64,000 nt of DNA from Candidatus Bathyarchaeota archaeon. Lineage in GTDB: Archaea; Thermoproteota; Bathyarchaeia; Bathyarchaeales; Bathycorpusculaceae. The notes beneath the pieces are model-generated. The model ran no database searches. It was not told where the DNA came from and saw nothing but the letters and a program-made list of their open reading frames with translations. Position 1 is the first letter of the stretch, and every line of letters begins with the position of its first letter. Positions 38,723 through 49,152 of the stretch are shown one piece after another. The translations under genes were made by a program, and so were the position numbers. The stretch covers positions 288,001 to 352,000 of the forward strand of contig CAWAKC010000001.1 in NCBI GenBank assembly GCA_963782525.1, in the 5' to 3' direction.

Positions 38723-41593
38723 TTATGGTCGTTTTCTAAGTATCAGAATTCCAACGATTGCAATGGCGATTATTATGGCGATTACTCCTGCCGTTATGTA
38801 TGTCATCAGGTCTGTTGTTGTTACTGCTAATGGCTGAGAAGTTGATGTTGGAGCTGTTGTCAGTGCAGAGTTAATCGTGAAGGCAGATTCAGAGTATGAT
38901 GATCCGTAAGATTCCGATCCTACAAATCTAGCGATGACTTGGTATGTACCCAATCCAGCAGCAAGCATATCTTGGCTTACTTGGAAGTTGTAAAAGCCGT
39001 TGGAGTTAGTGGTGGTTGTGCCGAGGTTGATGATGTTGCCGTTGGGGTCTATAGCATCGATTTTGACTGGAACTCCTGTTAAGTTGCTTGGCAAGCCTTG
39101 CTGCTCATATAGGTATTCCATAAACGCTTCTTGGCTATCATCCGATACTGCTGCCACCCCATTTTTGAGGCCGAATTCAGATGCGTATGCTAACGCTCCT
39201 GGAGATTGGTCGGTGACTGTACCTGTTATTGTGAAGCTGTTGCCCTGTGTTATGCCGTTTTGTGGTGCGGAAACGGTGGTTGCGCTGGGTCCTTTGCCGA
39301 TGCAATAGACTAAGTTGTCATATTGACTTGCAGAAACGAGGTAGCCGTCAGCTATGCCCATACTCATGACGAAATCGGCTAGTTTCCAGATTAGTGTTCC
39401 ATCAGTAATGTTGATGCAGCGGACGTAGGATTGACGCCAAAGTGGGTTGGTGGGTGAGTGTTCAGTTGAGTAGGTATAGATCATACCATCACAGACTGCG
39501 CCGATACTCAGAGGCATGTTGTTTCCGTATGAGCCTTCAAACCTGTACGGGGCTGAAGAAGCATCATATGTCCAAAGGAATTGTCCTGTGGTTGCTTCAT
39601 AGGCGTCGATAGTTCCGGAATATTGAGAGGTGACAATTACTATACCGTAGTAGACGCCAACACTCTGACCGTAGTAGTCAAATTGGTTGGTTTCTGTCAT
39701 CGCTGGCGTTGGTCCCCAAAGTGCGTTTCCAGTCGATAATTGATATGCCCAAAGCTGTCCGGTTTGTGCGCATCTTATGAAGAAGATGTCGCTGCCATAG
39801 TCAACTCCCGTGACGGACCAGGTGTAGTTTCTGCCAGGCAATGGAACGGTAATGTTCTTGTTGTAATTCAGCGTAAGCGTGTAGCCAAGGTTAGTGTTTA
39901 CAGATGAGTCTAGTGTAGGCCAAGGACTATTCGCTGTTGCATGTTCGTTTATGTTTAGAAGGCATAAACCAATTAAATCGCCGCAAGTAGATCCGCCTAT
40001 GCTAGTGTATGTGGTGGTCACTGATGAGCCAAATATCTGCTTTGGAACGCGTTGAGCGTCTTGCACTATTTGCATGGATCCTGTAACTGTAGTTCCAGGC
40101 GCACCTGCTGAAGAAGCGGCGGGCAGAGCCTTGAATTCGTCACTGGTTATGTTCATAGTATATCCTGAGTGCGGTGTCTTCAATGCTGTTTGCAGAAGTG
40201 GATCGAAGCTTGCGCCCCATGTAGTACTAGCGTTTACCCATGCTGTGTCGTTGACGGCGTCAATTACTGCTCCGAGTGCTGGACGGAAAACTTGGGCTCC
40301 ACTTGATGTTGCTCCGCCTGGATAGATGGCTTTGCTTGAGTTCCAGCAGAGGAATTGGCCTTTGGCTGAGTTGTAGCTGTACACTAGTAGGCTTCCATCT
40401 TGGTCGGTTGCCGATGTGCCTGAGGGAACATTTTTCAGAGTCAATATTACGTTTCCAGTAGTTGAGTCAAGCATGTACCATGTTGATTGGGAAGTAGTGA
40501 AGGTTGTAGCTGCTTGAGCCTGCATCCAGAGAAATGAGGCTATTCCCTGACCATTAACTGAGCTATAGTGATATAATTGGCCGCATGTTAAGATGTAGAA
40601 TTGTTCAGCATAAGAAGGAGCAGTGGATGCGCTGCTGGGTTGTGTGATTGAAAAGGGGTTGTTTATGCCGTTGTCAGTTCCGTTCTTGTACCATAATTTT
40701 TGTCCACTGTACAGATCCATGGCGTAGTATCCATATTTGTTACTTTGTTCAGTTATCGGCGGGTTGTAATAGATAATTCCATTCATGATTATAGCTCCAC
40801 GCCATGCGCTTTCGTAGTCATTGATGTTGTTTGATATACCGGGCCAGCTTCCATCAGCGATGCCGCCAGGATAACCTCTGCTTTCGGGTGCATTTGCCAT
40901 TATGGGTTCTGCCCAAAGTACGTGTGCACTTTTTGGTCCTGTTCCCCATCTTTGGAAGTTATTAGTTAGCCATGTGCCCTGAAGCCAGTTGCTGGCAAGC
41001 GATGACCATTGTCTGTTTTGGCCGTTTACCGGAATTGTCCAGTAGTCTGTTGGAAGTGGAGGTTCAGGCCAAGTTGGGATTGGATCAGCCTGTACAATTA
41101 GAGAAGTCGGTCCGCTAGTGGCGCCAAGGAAGATATCCCCAATACGTGCTGAGGAATAAGTAGCCTCGCTTGAAGTTACAGTTCCGCCTGGCCAGCTAAA
41201 CCACATTGTATAGTTACCGACTTCAGTTGGGGTAAATGTTTTAAAGTCACTGGCAACTGCACTAGAACATTTCCATGGTCCTATCGTTGTGTTTGTTCCG
41301 TCTGGCTTCTGAATTGTGATTAAGAAGCCATCCCAAGTTTGTCCATTTTCACCGCCTGATGTTGGAGAATATCGGTCGAGAAAAACGACTATTGTCGCTG
41401 TTTGGTTAACTCCAACTACTCCGGGTGCCACTGTAATATATGCGTTGGTTGGAACTTTCTCTGGAGGATTACTTGCGTCAGTCGTTGGTGTCAGGATTGT
41501 TGAAGACGCCATTAAAAGTATAAAGAATATTGCGATCGTCATAGCTACAATTTTATTCTTTTGTGTTTTCATTTTTTCATTTCCTTTATTCAA
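38723..41593 (-). CDS. PQQ-like beta-propeller cell-surface protein (paralog)
   Basis: Same architecture and motifs as 29009..31777 (PTDYWT, NGTDNG, STEHSPT, CIGKGPS, DPNGNIINLGT). Confidence 0.85.
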   Translation of the reverse strand: MNKGNEKMKTQKNKIVAMTIAIFFILLMASSTILTPTTDASNPPEKVPTNAYITVAPGVVGVNQTATIVVFLDRYSPTSGGENGQTWDGFLITIQKPDGTNTTIGPWKCSSAVASDFKTFTPTEVGNYTMWFSWPGGTVTSSEATYSSARIGDIFLGATSGPTSLIVQADPIPTWPEPPLPTDYWTIPVNGQNRQWSSLASNWLQGTWLTNNFQRWGTGPKSAHVLWAEPIMANAPESRGYPGGIADGSWPGISNNINDYESAWRGAIIMNGIIYYNPPITEQSNKYGYYAMDLYSGQKLWYKNGTDNGINNPFSITQPSSASTAPSYAEQFYILTCGQLYHYSSVNGQGIASFLWMQAQAATTFTTSQSTWYMLDSTTGNVILTLKNVPSGTSATDQDGSLLVYSYNSAKGQFLCWNSSKAIYPGGATSSGAQVFRPALGAVIDAVNDTAWVNASTTWGASFDPLLQTALKTPHSGYTMNITSDEFKALPAASSAGAPGTTVTGSMQIVQDAQRVPKQIFGSSVTTTYTSIGGSTCGDLIGLCLLNINEHATANSPWPTLDSSVNTNLGYTLTLNYNKNITVPLPGRNYTWSVTGVDYGSDIFFIRCAQTGQLWAYQLSTGNALWGPTPAMTETNQFDYYGQSVGVYYGIVIVTSQYSGTIDAYEATTGQFLWTYDASSAPYRFEGSYGNNMPLSIGAVCDGMIYTYSTEHSPTNPLWRQSYVRCINITDGTLIWKLADFVMSMGIADGYLVSASQYDNLVYCIGKGPSATTVSAPQNGITQGNSFTITGTVTDQSPGALAYASEFGLKNGVAAVSDDSQEAFMEYLYEQQGLPSNLTGVPVKIDAIDPNGNIINLGTTTTNSNGFYNFQVSQDMLAAGLGTYQVIARFVGSESYGSSYSESAFTINSALTTAPTSTSQPLAVTTTDLMTYITAGVIAIIIAIAIVGILILRKRP

Positions 41594-41958
41594 TTTAACG
41601 AAAAATCAAGCCTTTTTTATTAGACGAGAAGAAACGTATGCTTGATCTTCCGCTCAATAACTCTTATGCGTCCAGTTTTTGTTATATGACTTGCGCAAAC
41701 CTTATAACTTGAATCTGTAATTTTGATTTTTCAATTTTCCTTAAAACGTTTCAACATTTACAGCATTTTTCAGGAATATTGGCTCAAATAGTCTTGAAAG
41801 ATGAAACCTACTTTATGTCAAATGGGACTTTGTATGTAGAAAACCTTATCTTAAACCCGACAAGATTTAATTCAGGAGTTTTTGATAATCATGAGGAAGA
41901 TTTCCATTTACACAAACAAGTTGGTAGAGAAAAGTCTTCCTTGAGCAGGATGTAAATA

Positions 41959-42747
41959 ATGTCTGAACATAAACCTGAATGGCCAGAATCGGGCGACCTC
42001 GTCATCGCCACGATAGAAAGCGTGATGGATTACGGAGCATACGCTAACCTAGACGAATACAGCAGACGAGGATTCCTTCATATCTCCGAAATCTCCAGCG
42101 CTCGCATAAGAAACGTCCGCGACTTTGTTCGTGAAAACCAAAAAATGGTCCTCAAAGTCCTCCGCGTTGACATAGAAAAAGGACACATCGACCTATCCCT
42201 TAGACGCGTTACAAAACGTGAAAGAATAGAAAAAATCAAATCATGGAAAAAAGACCGCAAAGGCGACGCACTATTGCATGCAGTCGCAGAAAAAACGGGG
42301 TTACCCATCCACGAAGTTTACCAGAAAGCCGGAGTAATTCTGGAAGAAAAATACGGGTTATACGATGGCTTCGAAAAAGTTGTGAAAGAAGGCATAGACG
42401 TCTTAACTAACCTCGAAATCCCCGACGATCTTGCCAAAGTCATCGCTCAAGTTGCAGAAGAACGCATAAAAATAAAGACTGTACAGGTCAGAGGCGTTAT
42501 TGAGGTTCGCTGTATGAAACCTAACGGTGTCAGATGTATCCAAGAAGCATTCAGCGGCGCTAAGAAAGCCCAAGAAGCTAAAGATGCTAAAATCGAGTTC
42601 GCAGTAATTGCAGCGCCAAAATATAGCGTAGAAGTTTCCGCTGACAATTGGAAAAGAGCGGAAGAAGTCCTCGATAAAGTAAGCGAAGAGGTTGTCGCCA
42701 ACGTCACTAAAGCAGGCGGACATGGAAGCTTTAAGAGAGAAAAATAA
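41959..42747 (+). CDS. eif2a: Translation initiation factor aIF2 alpha
   Basis: S1 domain WPESGDLV..YGAY..LHISEIS..KGHIDLSLRRV; AAPKY. Confidence 0.95.
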   Translation: MSEHKPEWPESGDLVIATIESVMDYGAYANLDEYSRRGFLHISEISSARIRNVRDFVRENQKMVLKVLRVDIEKGHIDLSLRRVTKRERIEKIKSWKKDRKGDALLHAVAEKTGLPIHEVYQKAGVILEEKYGLYDGFEKVVKEGIDVLTNLEIPDDLAKVIAQVAEERIKIKTVQVRGVIEVRCMKPNGVRCIQEAFSGAKKAQEAKDAKIEFAVIAAPKYSVEVSADNWKRAEEVLDKVSEEVVANVTKAGGHGSFKREK

Positions 42748-42749
42748 GA

Positions 42750-43133
42750 GTGAAAGATTTGAGAGAAACCACTGAAAAATTAGAATGGGGTCAAGTGGAG
42801 AAGATCGGTAAGGGGACCAAGGCGAATTATGATTCAAAGTCTAAAGTCCTTACTTTCTGTTTTAACCGAGGACCAAATACATCCAGCGAATCGTTGAGAG
42901 CTTCGCGTGAACTTTTAATGAAGGAACTAAAAGAATTGGGCTATGAAAGTCGTATGAAGTATAATGGGGAAGTTCTTGTCGAAGGTGTTCTTGAGAGTGA
43001 TGTTGCTCTTGTCAAGAAAAACCATAAACTAACGATTAATTTGAACAAAAAGCAAGCTGAAGAAAAGCCAATTTCACCCTCAGAAACAGCTGAATCCAAG
43101 AACAGAGCTCAAAGCAACATAAAATTCTCATAA
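42750..43133 (+). CDS. Hypothetical protein
   Basis: 127-aa ORF 2 bp after aIF2-alpha; no recognised motif. Confidence 0.55.
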   Translation: MKDLRETTEKLEWGQVEKIGKGTKANYDSKSKVLTFCFNRGPNTSSESLRASRELLMKELKELGYESRMKYNGEVLVEGVLESDVALVKKNHKLTINLNKKQAEEKPISPSETAESKNRAQSNIKFS

Positions 43134-43248
43134 TTGACCGTCTAATACACGATTTTCAGATTGCAAAAGTTAATTTCAACTATTGAGCATGCGAGTAGTG
43201 TTAGGCGAGTTTTTGGGAAAACAACTAAATACTTGACCACAGAAATGT

Positions 43249-43953
43249 ATGGCTATGGCATTTAAACGTAAGACTTCCCCTAAAAAAATTTACGCAATAG
43301 TAACACTCTTAATTATACTGATCGCTGCGACCGCAGCATTAATCTATGTTGCTGCAAACCCCGCGCCCAAACCTATTGTTGTGGGAGTCCATGTTGGCGA
43401 CGTCTTCATATACAACATTACAAGCACGTCAACATTAATTGATCTGAATGCAGTAGAAACACCGGGCTTTTTCCAATACAATCAAACAGATTTCTACAGA
43501 ATTACTATAACGGACATAACTGGTGCTAATGTGTCAATGGATACGGTATGGGCATTCAAAAACGGAACACAAGTGCAAGGAACACAAATGGTTGACATTG
43601 CTAATGGCGCAGATACCGATAGCAATGGATTCTGGGCCATTTACCCAGCTAACCTCAACGTAGGTGACCTGCTTCGTCCAAAGGGCTATGATGGATTAAA
43701 AGTTAACTTAACCGACAGCCACCCATTCGCTTCAGGACCAAGGGTAAGTAACTTCTGGTTCATCGATAACCAATTTTATAACGTCAACGACCCAACCCAG
43801 AGCACGCAGAGATACGACTACACGGGCGTAACCTTTGATAAAGCTACAGGCATGCTCGAAACCCTCACTAACTACCAAGAATACAACAACCCAGCAATGA
43901 AAGAAACAATCACTTGGAACCTTGCCAACACAACAGTGTGGGCAGTCCAATAA
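43249..43953 (+). CDS. N-terminally anchored extracellular protein
   Basis: Basic N-terminus plus TM, VGVHVGD.F.Y, FDKATGML beta-rich domain. Confidence 0.7.
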   Translation: MAMAFKRKTSPKKIYAIVTLLIILIAATAALIYVAANPAPKPIVVGVHVGDVFIYNITSTSTLIDLNAVETPGFFQYNQTDFYRITITDITGANVSMDTVWAFKNGTQVQGTQMVDIANGADTDSNGFWAIYPANLNVGDLLRPKGYDGLKVNLTDSHPFASGPRVSNFWFIDNQFYNVNDPTQSTQRYDYTGVTFDKATGMLETLTNYQEYNNPAMKETITWNLANTTVWAVQ

Positions 43954-44302
43954 TTCCTAAATTTTTTAAAATTTAATTTGATAATTGGGAAATTCAGATG
44001 TTTGATTGGTTAGGTTCGGCTCTTTGCAATAAGCGAAAATTTTGTATTTGCTTTGCTGTTACAGCCGCTATTTTTCTAATCTGCTTTAACCAAACTTTTC
44101 TCCAAATAGCTAAAGGTTAAAGTAACGGCAATTATTGTTTCATATTCTTCTTTAGCAAGTTGAAAATTGGGATAACTGTTGTTATAGCCAAATTGGGTGC
44201 AGCGAAATTTCAAGTTTCGCATACAACTTGGGGGACTGTGCTGTTTTAATGGAAAATATGAAATAGTTAAGTGCTAAACACTTAGCTAAAGAGGCAAAAG
44301 TA

Positions 44303-45070
44303 TTGACATTTAAAGAACACATGCAGGAAGCGGCAAAAAGCAAAGACTCACGCCTTGTTTTAGCATTAGATTTTCCTTTTGAAGCTCCTGAAAATCGCGA
44401 GATAATTTTGGCTAAAGCACAAAAGGTCTTAAGAGCCGTTCATCCTTACATCTGCGCAGTTAAGATAAACCATCATCTCACTCTACCCCTTGGCACCTTT
44501 GACGGTGTTCAGGCGCTTGTAGAACAGATCCGAGGTCAAGGCATGCTAGCAATCATGGATGCGAAAATCAACGACATTGGCAACACCAACCAAATCATAG
44601 CCGAATATTACTTTGCTGCAGGCTTTGACGCCATAATCGCTAACCCATTTGTGGGTTGGGAGGAGGGCTTGAAACCGCTTTTTGAAGTTTCAAAACGACT
44701 GAACCGAGGAGTAATCTTACTCACTTACATGAGCCACAAAGGTGCGTGTGAAGGTTACGGACAAACAATTATCGATCCTGAAACAGGCTTGCAAACTCCC
44801 CAATACATTTCGTTTGCCAAAAAATCATTGAAATGGGGGGCTGATGGCGTCGTCGTTGGAGCAACAGTTCCTCAGAAAATTGCTGAAATAAAAAGGATTC
44901 TCGGCGAAAACGTTGCTATTTACTCGCCTGGAGTTGGTGCGCAAGGTGGAGCGGCAGAAATAGCGATTAAAGCAGGCGCCAACTACTTAATCGTTGGAAG
45001 AGAAATAACCAATTCAGACGACCCAGCCAGAGCCGCTCGGACGCTGAGTGATTCTATAAGAGGAATTTAA
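44303..45070 (+). CDS. pyrF: Orotidine 5'-phosphate decarboxylase
   Basis: LALD, DAKINDIGNT (DxKxxD), SPGVGAQGG, IVGR. Confidence 0.95.
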   Translation: MTFKEHMQEAAKSKDSRLVLALDFPFEAPENREIILAKAQKVLRAVHPYICAVKINHHLTLPLGTFDGVQALVEQIRGQGMLAIMDAKINDIGNTNQIIAEYYFAAGFDAIIANPFVGWEEGLKPLFEVSKRLNRGVILLTYMSHKGACEGYGQTIIDPETGLQTPQYISFAKKSLKWGADGVVVGATVPQKIAEIKRILGENVAIYSPGVGAQGGAAEIAIKAGANYLIVGREITNSDDPARAARTLSDSIRGI

Positions 45071-45075
45071 GCGCC

Positions 45076-45228
45076 TTATCGGCGTTTGTTTTCCCAGAGC
45101 TCTTTTTTGAGCAAGTCCCTAACTGAAGAGCGGATTACGCTACTTCGGCTTGGGTACATGTTGGCTCGAACTAATTCATCTAAACCTTCTAGGTAGGCTT
45201 CTGGTAGTAGGACTGTAACTAATTTCAT
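45076..45228 (-). CDS. Ribbon-helix-helix regulator (CdrS/CopG-like), 50 aa, absent from ORF track
   Basis: MKLVTVLLPEAYLEGLDELVRANMYPSRSSVIRSSVRDLLKKELWENKRR. Confidence 0.85.
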   Translation of the reverse strand: MKLVTVLLPEAYLEGLDELVRANMYPSRSSVIRSSVRDLLKKELWENKRR

Positions 45229-45310
45229 ATTGTTTTACTCTCCCTTAAACACTATATCATGCATATAACATGTGGCAAATATAAGAGTTAGCATAGCAAC
45301 CCCTAACAAG

Positions 45311-46153
45311 TCACAACTGCCGAAGCTGATTCAACGTACCCAAAAACGTACCATCCAAAAGGAAGAGCTCAGATTCATCCACATCCACCGCTTCCGAACG
45401 CAAAACAGGACCAATCAACGCTTCACTGCCGATTTCATTTCTGGGGCGAGTTTGGTTTACTGGTCTGCCACCCAAAAAATCGTTAAAGCTGGGCATAATG
45501 TAGATTTCCTCCGCTTTCGATTTGATACCGTAATGTTTCTTTAAAGTTTCAGCCACGGACCCAAGAATTTTTATGTTGTTTTTCTGCAGCAAGATTTTCG
45601 TAAACGCTTCTGTGTCACATTTTGCCTTAATCCATACTTGTCTTGTAATTTTGCAACCGGTTGGGTCACGGAAAACCACCACTGGATGCAGATGCCCCAT
45701 AACAAGAGTCTTACAGCCCAAAAGTGCTGGTGAAGGCCATTTATGTCCATGGAAAACCCCCACGTCACCAATAACTGCTCCTGTGGCAGGTAAAAACTCA
45801 ACGTTCTCAGGCAACAACGGCTCTAAGTTGGCGTCATGATTTCCGCGCACAACAGCGATGCTGCTTATGCAACTTTCGAGTTTTTTGAAAAAATCTGGAA
45901 TATCGCGCCATTCACCAAAAGCGTGTGAAATAACCGTGTATTTCACGTCTCCCAGAATGACTAATTTATCGGGTTTGTACTCGGTGATAATCGCCGTTAA
46001 CTTGTTTAGGATTTTGGCTGTTTGGCTTGGAACATGGATGCCTTTTTCCTGCAGCTCCAGTTCCCAGCCTAAATGCGGGTCAGCGATAAGAAGCGTTCTG
46101 GTTCTTTCTTCTTTAACAAGGGCTGCTGGGTATGGCAAGAGCAAATTTAACAT
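45311..46153 (-). CDS. Calcineurin-like metallophosphoesterase
   Basis: ADPHLG, LGD, RGNHD, FHGH, GHLHP, MPSFN. Confidence 0.9.
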   Translation of the reverse strand: MLNLLLPYPAALVKEERTRTLLIADPHLGWELELQEKGIHVPSQTAKILNKLTAIITEYKPDKLVILGDVKYTVISHAFGEWRDIPDFFKKLESCISSIAVVRGNHDANLEPLLPENVEFLPATGAVIGDVGVFHGHKWPSPALLGCKTLVMGHLHPVVVFRDPTGCKITRQVWIKAKCDTEAFTKILLQKNNIKILGSVAETLKKHYGIKSKAEEIYIMPSFNDFLGGRPVNQTRPRNEIGSEALIGPVLRSEAVDVDESELFLLDGTFLGTLNQLRQL

Positions 46154-46977
46154 TAAACTTTAATCAGACTCAAAATTTTTTGGTGAATATCTATATTGGC
46201 TGAAGCAATAAAACTGAGGGTTTGTTTGGGATCCAATTTTACGTTTATGGGTTTGTTTTCTAGGTCGGTCACTGTTCCGCCTGCTTCTTTAACTATGAGG
46301 AAGCCTGCGGCTACGTCGGTTGTGCGGATTTTATTTCGCAGATCTATAAAAGCGTCAGTTAACCCGGCTGCAACTTGGCAGATTTCAAGGGCGTTGGCAC
46401 CGAAGTGTCGTGTATGTTTGATGTTTTCAATTAAGTCGGCGGCAATTTTCATGTTAAGTTTTGCTTTGTAAGCGTTCAAATCCAAGCCGACGACTGCTTC
46501 ATCGAGCGACGGGGTTTTCGAGGTATATATCCGTTCGCCGTTGCAGTATGCCCCTTTGTCCTTCATTGCTAGGTAGGTTTCGTCGTGGATAAGGTCAACA
46601 ACCATTCCAGCGAACACATCGCCAAGTTCGGGCTTGTTAGAAACAGCGATGGAAGAACAGTAAAAAGGCAAGCCATGCGTTAGATTCGTCGTGCCATCGA
46701 TTGGGTCAACGCACAAATAGCATCCCCCTGGGGTGTCGCCGTATTCTTTGATACCGGATTCTTCACTGATAAGTGTGAAGGAAACATCATGTTGCTGAAA
46801 AGTTTGGACGATGGCGTTTTCAGCAGCTAAATCGACGGGCTTCATAATGTCTCCGCCCGCGCCCATACCCAAGTTGAGCTGGGGAGCCCATAAATTTTTG
46901 AGGCAGGGCTTGATTGCTGCGTGGATGGTGGTTTTGCAGTCAGACAGGATTTGTTGCCAGTCAAATTGGGTTTTCAT
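46153..46977 (-). CDS. suhB: Inositol monophosphatase / FBPase
   Basis: SEES, VDPIDGTTN, RHFGANALE, DVAAG. Confidence 0.88.
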   Translation of the reverse strand: MKTQFDWQQILSDCKTTIHAAIKPCLKNLWAPQLNLGMGAGGDIMKPVDLAAENAIVQTFQQHDVSFTLISEESGIKEYGDTPGGCYLCVDPIDGTTNLTHGLPFYCSSIAVSNKPELGDVFAGMVVDLIHDETYLAMKDKGAYCNGERIYTSKTPSLDEAVVGLDLNAYKAKLNMKIAADLIENIKHTRHFGANALEICQVAAGLTDAFIDLRNKIRTTDVAAGFLIVKEAGGTVTDLENKPINVKLDPKQTLSFIASANIDIHQKILSLIKV

Positions 46978-47119
46978 TGCTTAACCTTCACTTTGTATAT
47001 GTACGTCAAGCTGATAAAGAATATACCAGTTTCTCAGCGAAAAAAGTTAAACATAACTAAACGCAATATGGAATTCTGTATTCTAACGAAAGCAGAAAAA
47101 AAATTATCAAGACAGTGCT

Positions 47120-47344
47120 TTAGGATTTTATTTTTCTGATTCTATCAGAAGAATAAATGTAGCTTTGACCCAAGGTTGTGACAACGTATTTGCCTTCGTT
47201 TTGCATCAGCATACTCTGCTTTGTGAGAATAGCTAAGTAGGATTCTGCCTGCACGTCATTTAACCCCAGCTTACTCATGATTCTGCGCTTATCCTTCGGT
47301 GTCTCGCAGAAACGGATAATTCCTATTCTCTCACTAATAACCAT
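47120..47344 (-). CDS. Small winged helix-turn-helix protein
   Basis: IMSKLGLN..YLAIL....L....GKYVVTTLG pattern. Confidence 0.7.
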   Translation of the reverse strand: MVISERIGIIRFCETPKDKRRIMSKLGLNDVQAESYLAILTKQSMLMQNEGKYVVTTLGQSYIYSSDRIRKIKS

Positions 47345-47521
47345 ATAATCTCACAAGATACTGATTCCCCAAGCAACAATTAAGCCTGCGTGATTGCCTA
47401 GCGACTACAACATAAGTTAACGTTTGCATTGCCTAAAGCGGTATTACAGGATTTGGGTAAACAAAAATATAATACAGCATGTAGTTGTTTTAGCAGAAAG
47501 AGTTCTCGTTAAATCCGAACA

Positions 47522-47902
47522 GTGATTTGTTTGCCGAAAAAACTGCATATGCCTATAATTGCGAAAAAAGTAGTTGAGCAAGCGTTTGATAAGCCAGCGA
47601 CATCAAAGTATCCCTTCGAGAAGCCCCAGTTAGGCGACAATTTTAGAGGACAACCTGTTTTTGATTTTTCTTCTTGTATAGGCTGTGGTTTATGCAGCAG
47701 AGATTGCCCCGCAAAGGCAATTGAAATGGTTACGGTTGATGGAAAAAAGCGCCCGCAATTGAACCTTTCCAAATGCGTTTTCTGTTATCAATGTGCTGAA
47801 AGCTGCCCAAAAAAAGCCATAAAAAACACCTGCAACTACGAGTTAGCAACAACTGACAAATCAACTCTAGTTAAAACACCTCAAACAGATCCCAAAATCT
47901 AA
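47522..47902 (+). CDS. NuoI/EchF-like 2x[4Fe-4S] protein
   Basis: PATSKYPFE..FRG, CIGCGLCSRDCP, CVFCYQCAESCP. Confidence 0.85.
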   Translation: MICLPKKLHMPIIAKKVVEQAFDKPATSKYPFEKPQLGDNFRGQPVFDFSSCIGCGLCSRDCPAKAIEMVTVDGKKRPQLNLSKCVFCYQCAESCPKKAIKNTCNYELATTDKSTLVKTPQTDPKI

Positions 47903-48067
47903 ATTCAAAATTTTACATACTCATTTTTTCATATTTCGTAAGCGAGGAACAATTTTAGCCGTTGTTAAATCACTTAAAATAACCTAAACGTAGCCAAGTT
48001 GAAACCTAAAAAACCATGAAAACTCTTAAATTATACAAATCCCAACAGAATTGGCAAGGTCCCTTTA

Positions 48068-49072
48068 ATGTCACCAAATACTAACAAGCTCGAAATACAA
48101 AGCTATGACGAAAGCACAAAAATGTTCACAGTAAAATCACCATCCGGTAACGTTGTCAAAGTTCAGGATACGTTTGCTGAAATGTTCGGGCTTTGGGCAG
48201 GAAGAGTTCTCATCACCGCTCAAAACGAGAAATGGGCACAAATCGCTGCAAGCTTAACCACAGGCTTTGCCACAAGCGTAATTGCCGCTTCTGCCGAGGC
48301 ATCTATTGAACGGGCTGTTCCAGCAGATCAAACACCAGACAAACGCCCAGGTGTTTTGATTCAAATTTACAATCGAGACCGATTTGAACTCAAACATCAA
48401 CTCATGGAACGCATCGGTCAATGCACCTTAACTTGCCCAACAACCGCAGCCTTCAACGGCTTAACAGGCAAACGCACCCTCAACGTCGGTAGCAGTCTCA
48501 GATACTTCGGTGATGGCTTCCAGAAAAAAGCCATGGTTGGCGGAAGAAAATGCTGGAAAATTCCAGTTATGGAAGGTAACTTTATTGTTGAAGACGGTTT
48601 CGGCGCCATGGAAGCAATTGCGGGCGGAAACTTTATGATTTTCGCGGCAACCCAAGAAGCAGGACTCAAATCGGCAGAAGCAGCAGCTGAAGCAATCCGA
48701 ACGGGCGCCCCTGATGTAATTATGATTTTCCCAGGAGGCGTTTGCCGTGCAGGAAGCAAGGCAGGCTCACTTAAATACAAACTAAAAGCCTCAACCAACC
48801 ACCCATACTGCCCAACACTTCGCACTCTCGTGCCTGACAGCGTTGTTCCAGAAGGCGTAACCTGCGTTTACGAAATTGTCGTGAACGGCTTAACACTTGA
48901 TGCAGTCAAAAATGCCCTCAAACTAGGAGTAACAGCAGCAGTTGATGTTCCAGGCGTCGTGAAGATTTCATCAGGCAACTACGGCGGAAAACTCGGTCCC
49001 TACAAGGCTTATCTCAGAGATGCCATAGGTGCACCTCCAGAACCAGCCCCGCCAGCTAAACCAAAAACCTAA
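48068..49072 (+). CDS. ftr: Formylmethanofuran-tetrahydromethanopterin formyltransferase
   Basis: DTFAEMF, TGFATSVI, TPDKRPG, RIGQC.LTCPT, FGDGFQ, GNYGGKLG. Confidence 0.95.
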   Translation: MSPNTNKLEIQSYDESTKMFTVKSPSGNVVKVQDTFAEMFGLWAGRVLITAQNEKWAQIAASLTTGFATSVIAASAEASIERAVPADQTPDKRPGVLIQIYNRDRFELKHQLMERIGQCTLTCPTTAAFNGLTGKRTLNVGSSLRYFGDGFQKKAMVGGRKCWKIPVMEGNFIVEDGFGAMEAIAGGNFMIFAATQEAGLKSAEAAAEAIRTGAPDVIMIFPGGVCRAGSKAGSLKYKLKASTNHPYCPTLRTLVPDSVVPEGVTCVYEIVVNGLTLDAVKNALKLGVTAAVDVPGVVKISSGNYGGKLGPYKAYLRDAIGAPPEPAPPAKPKT

Positions 49073-49152
49073 ACTTCCGTTTTTTGTGTCGGAACTTTTA
49101 TTTGATGCCTTTTAACGTTAGTTATCAAGTTAAAAGAAATCCGTGAAGATAT

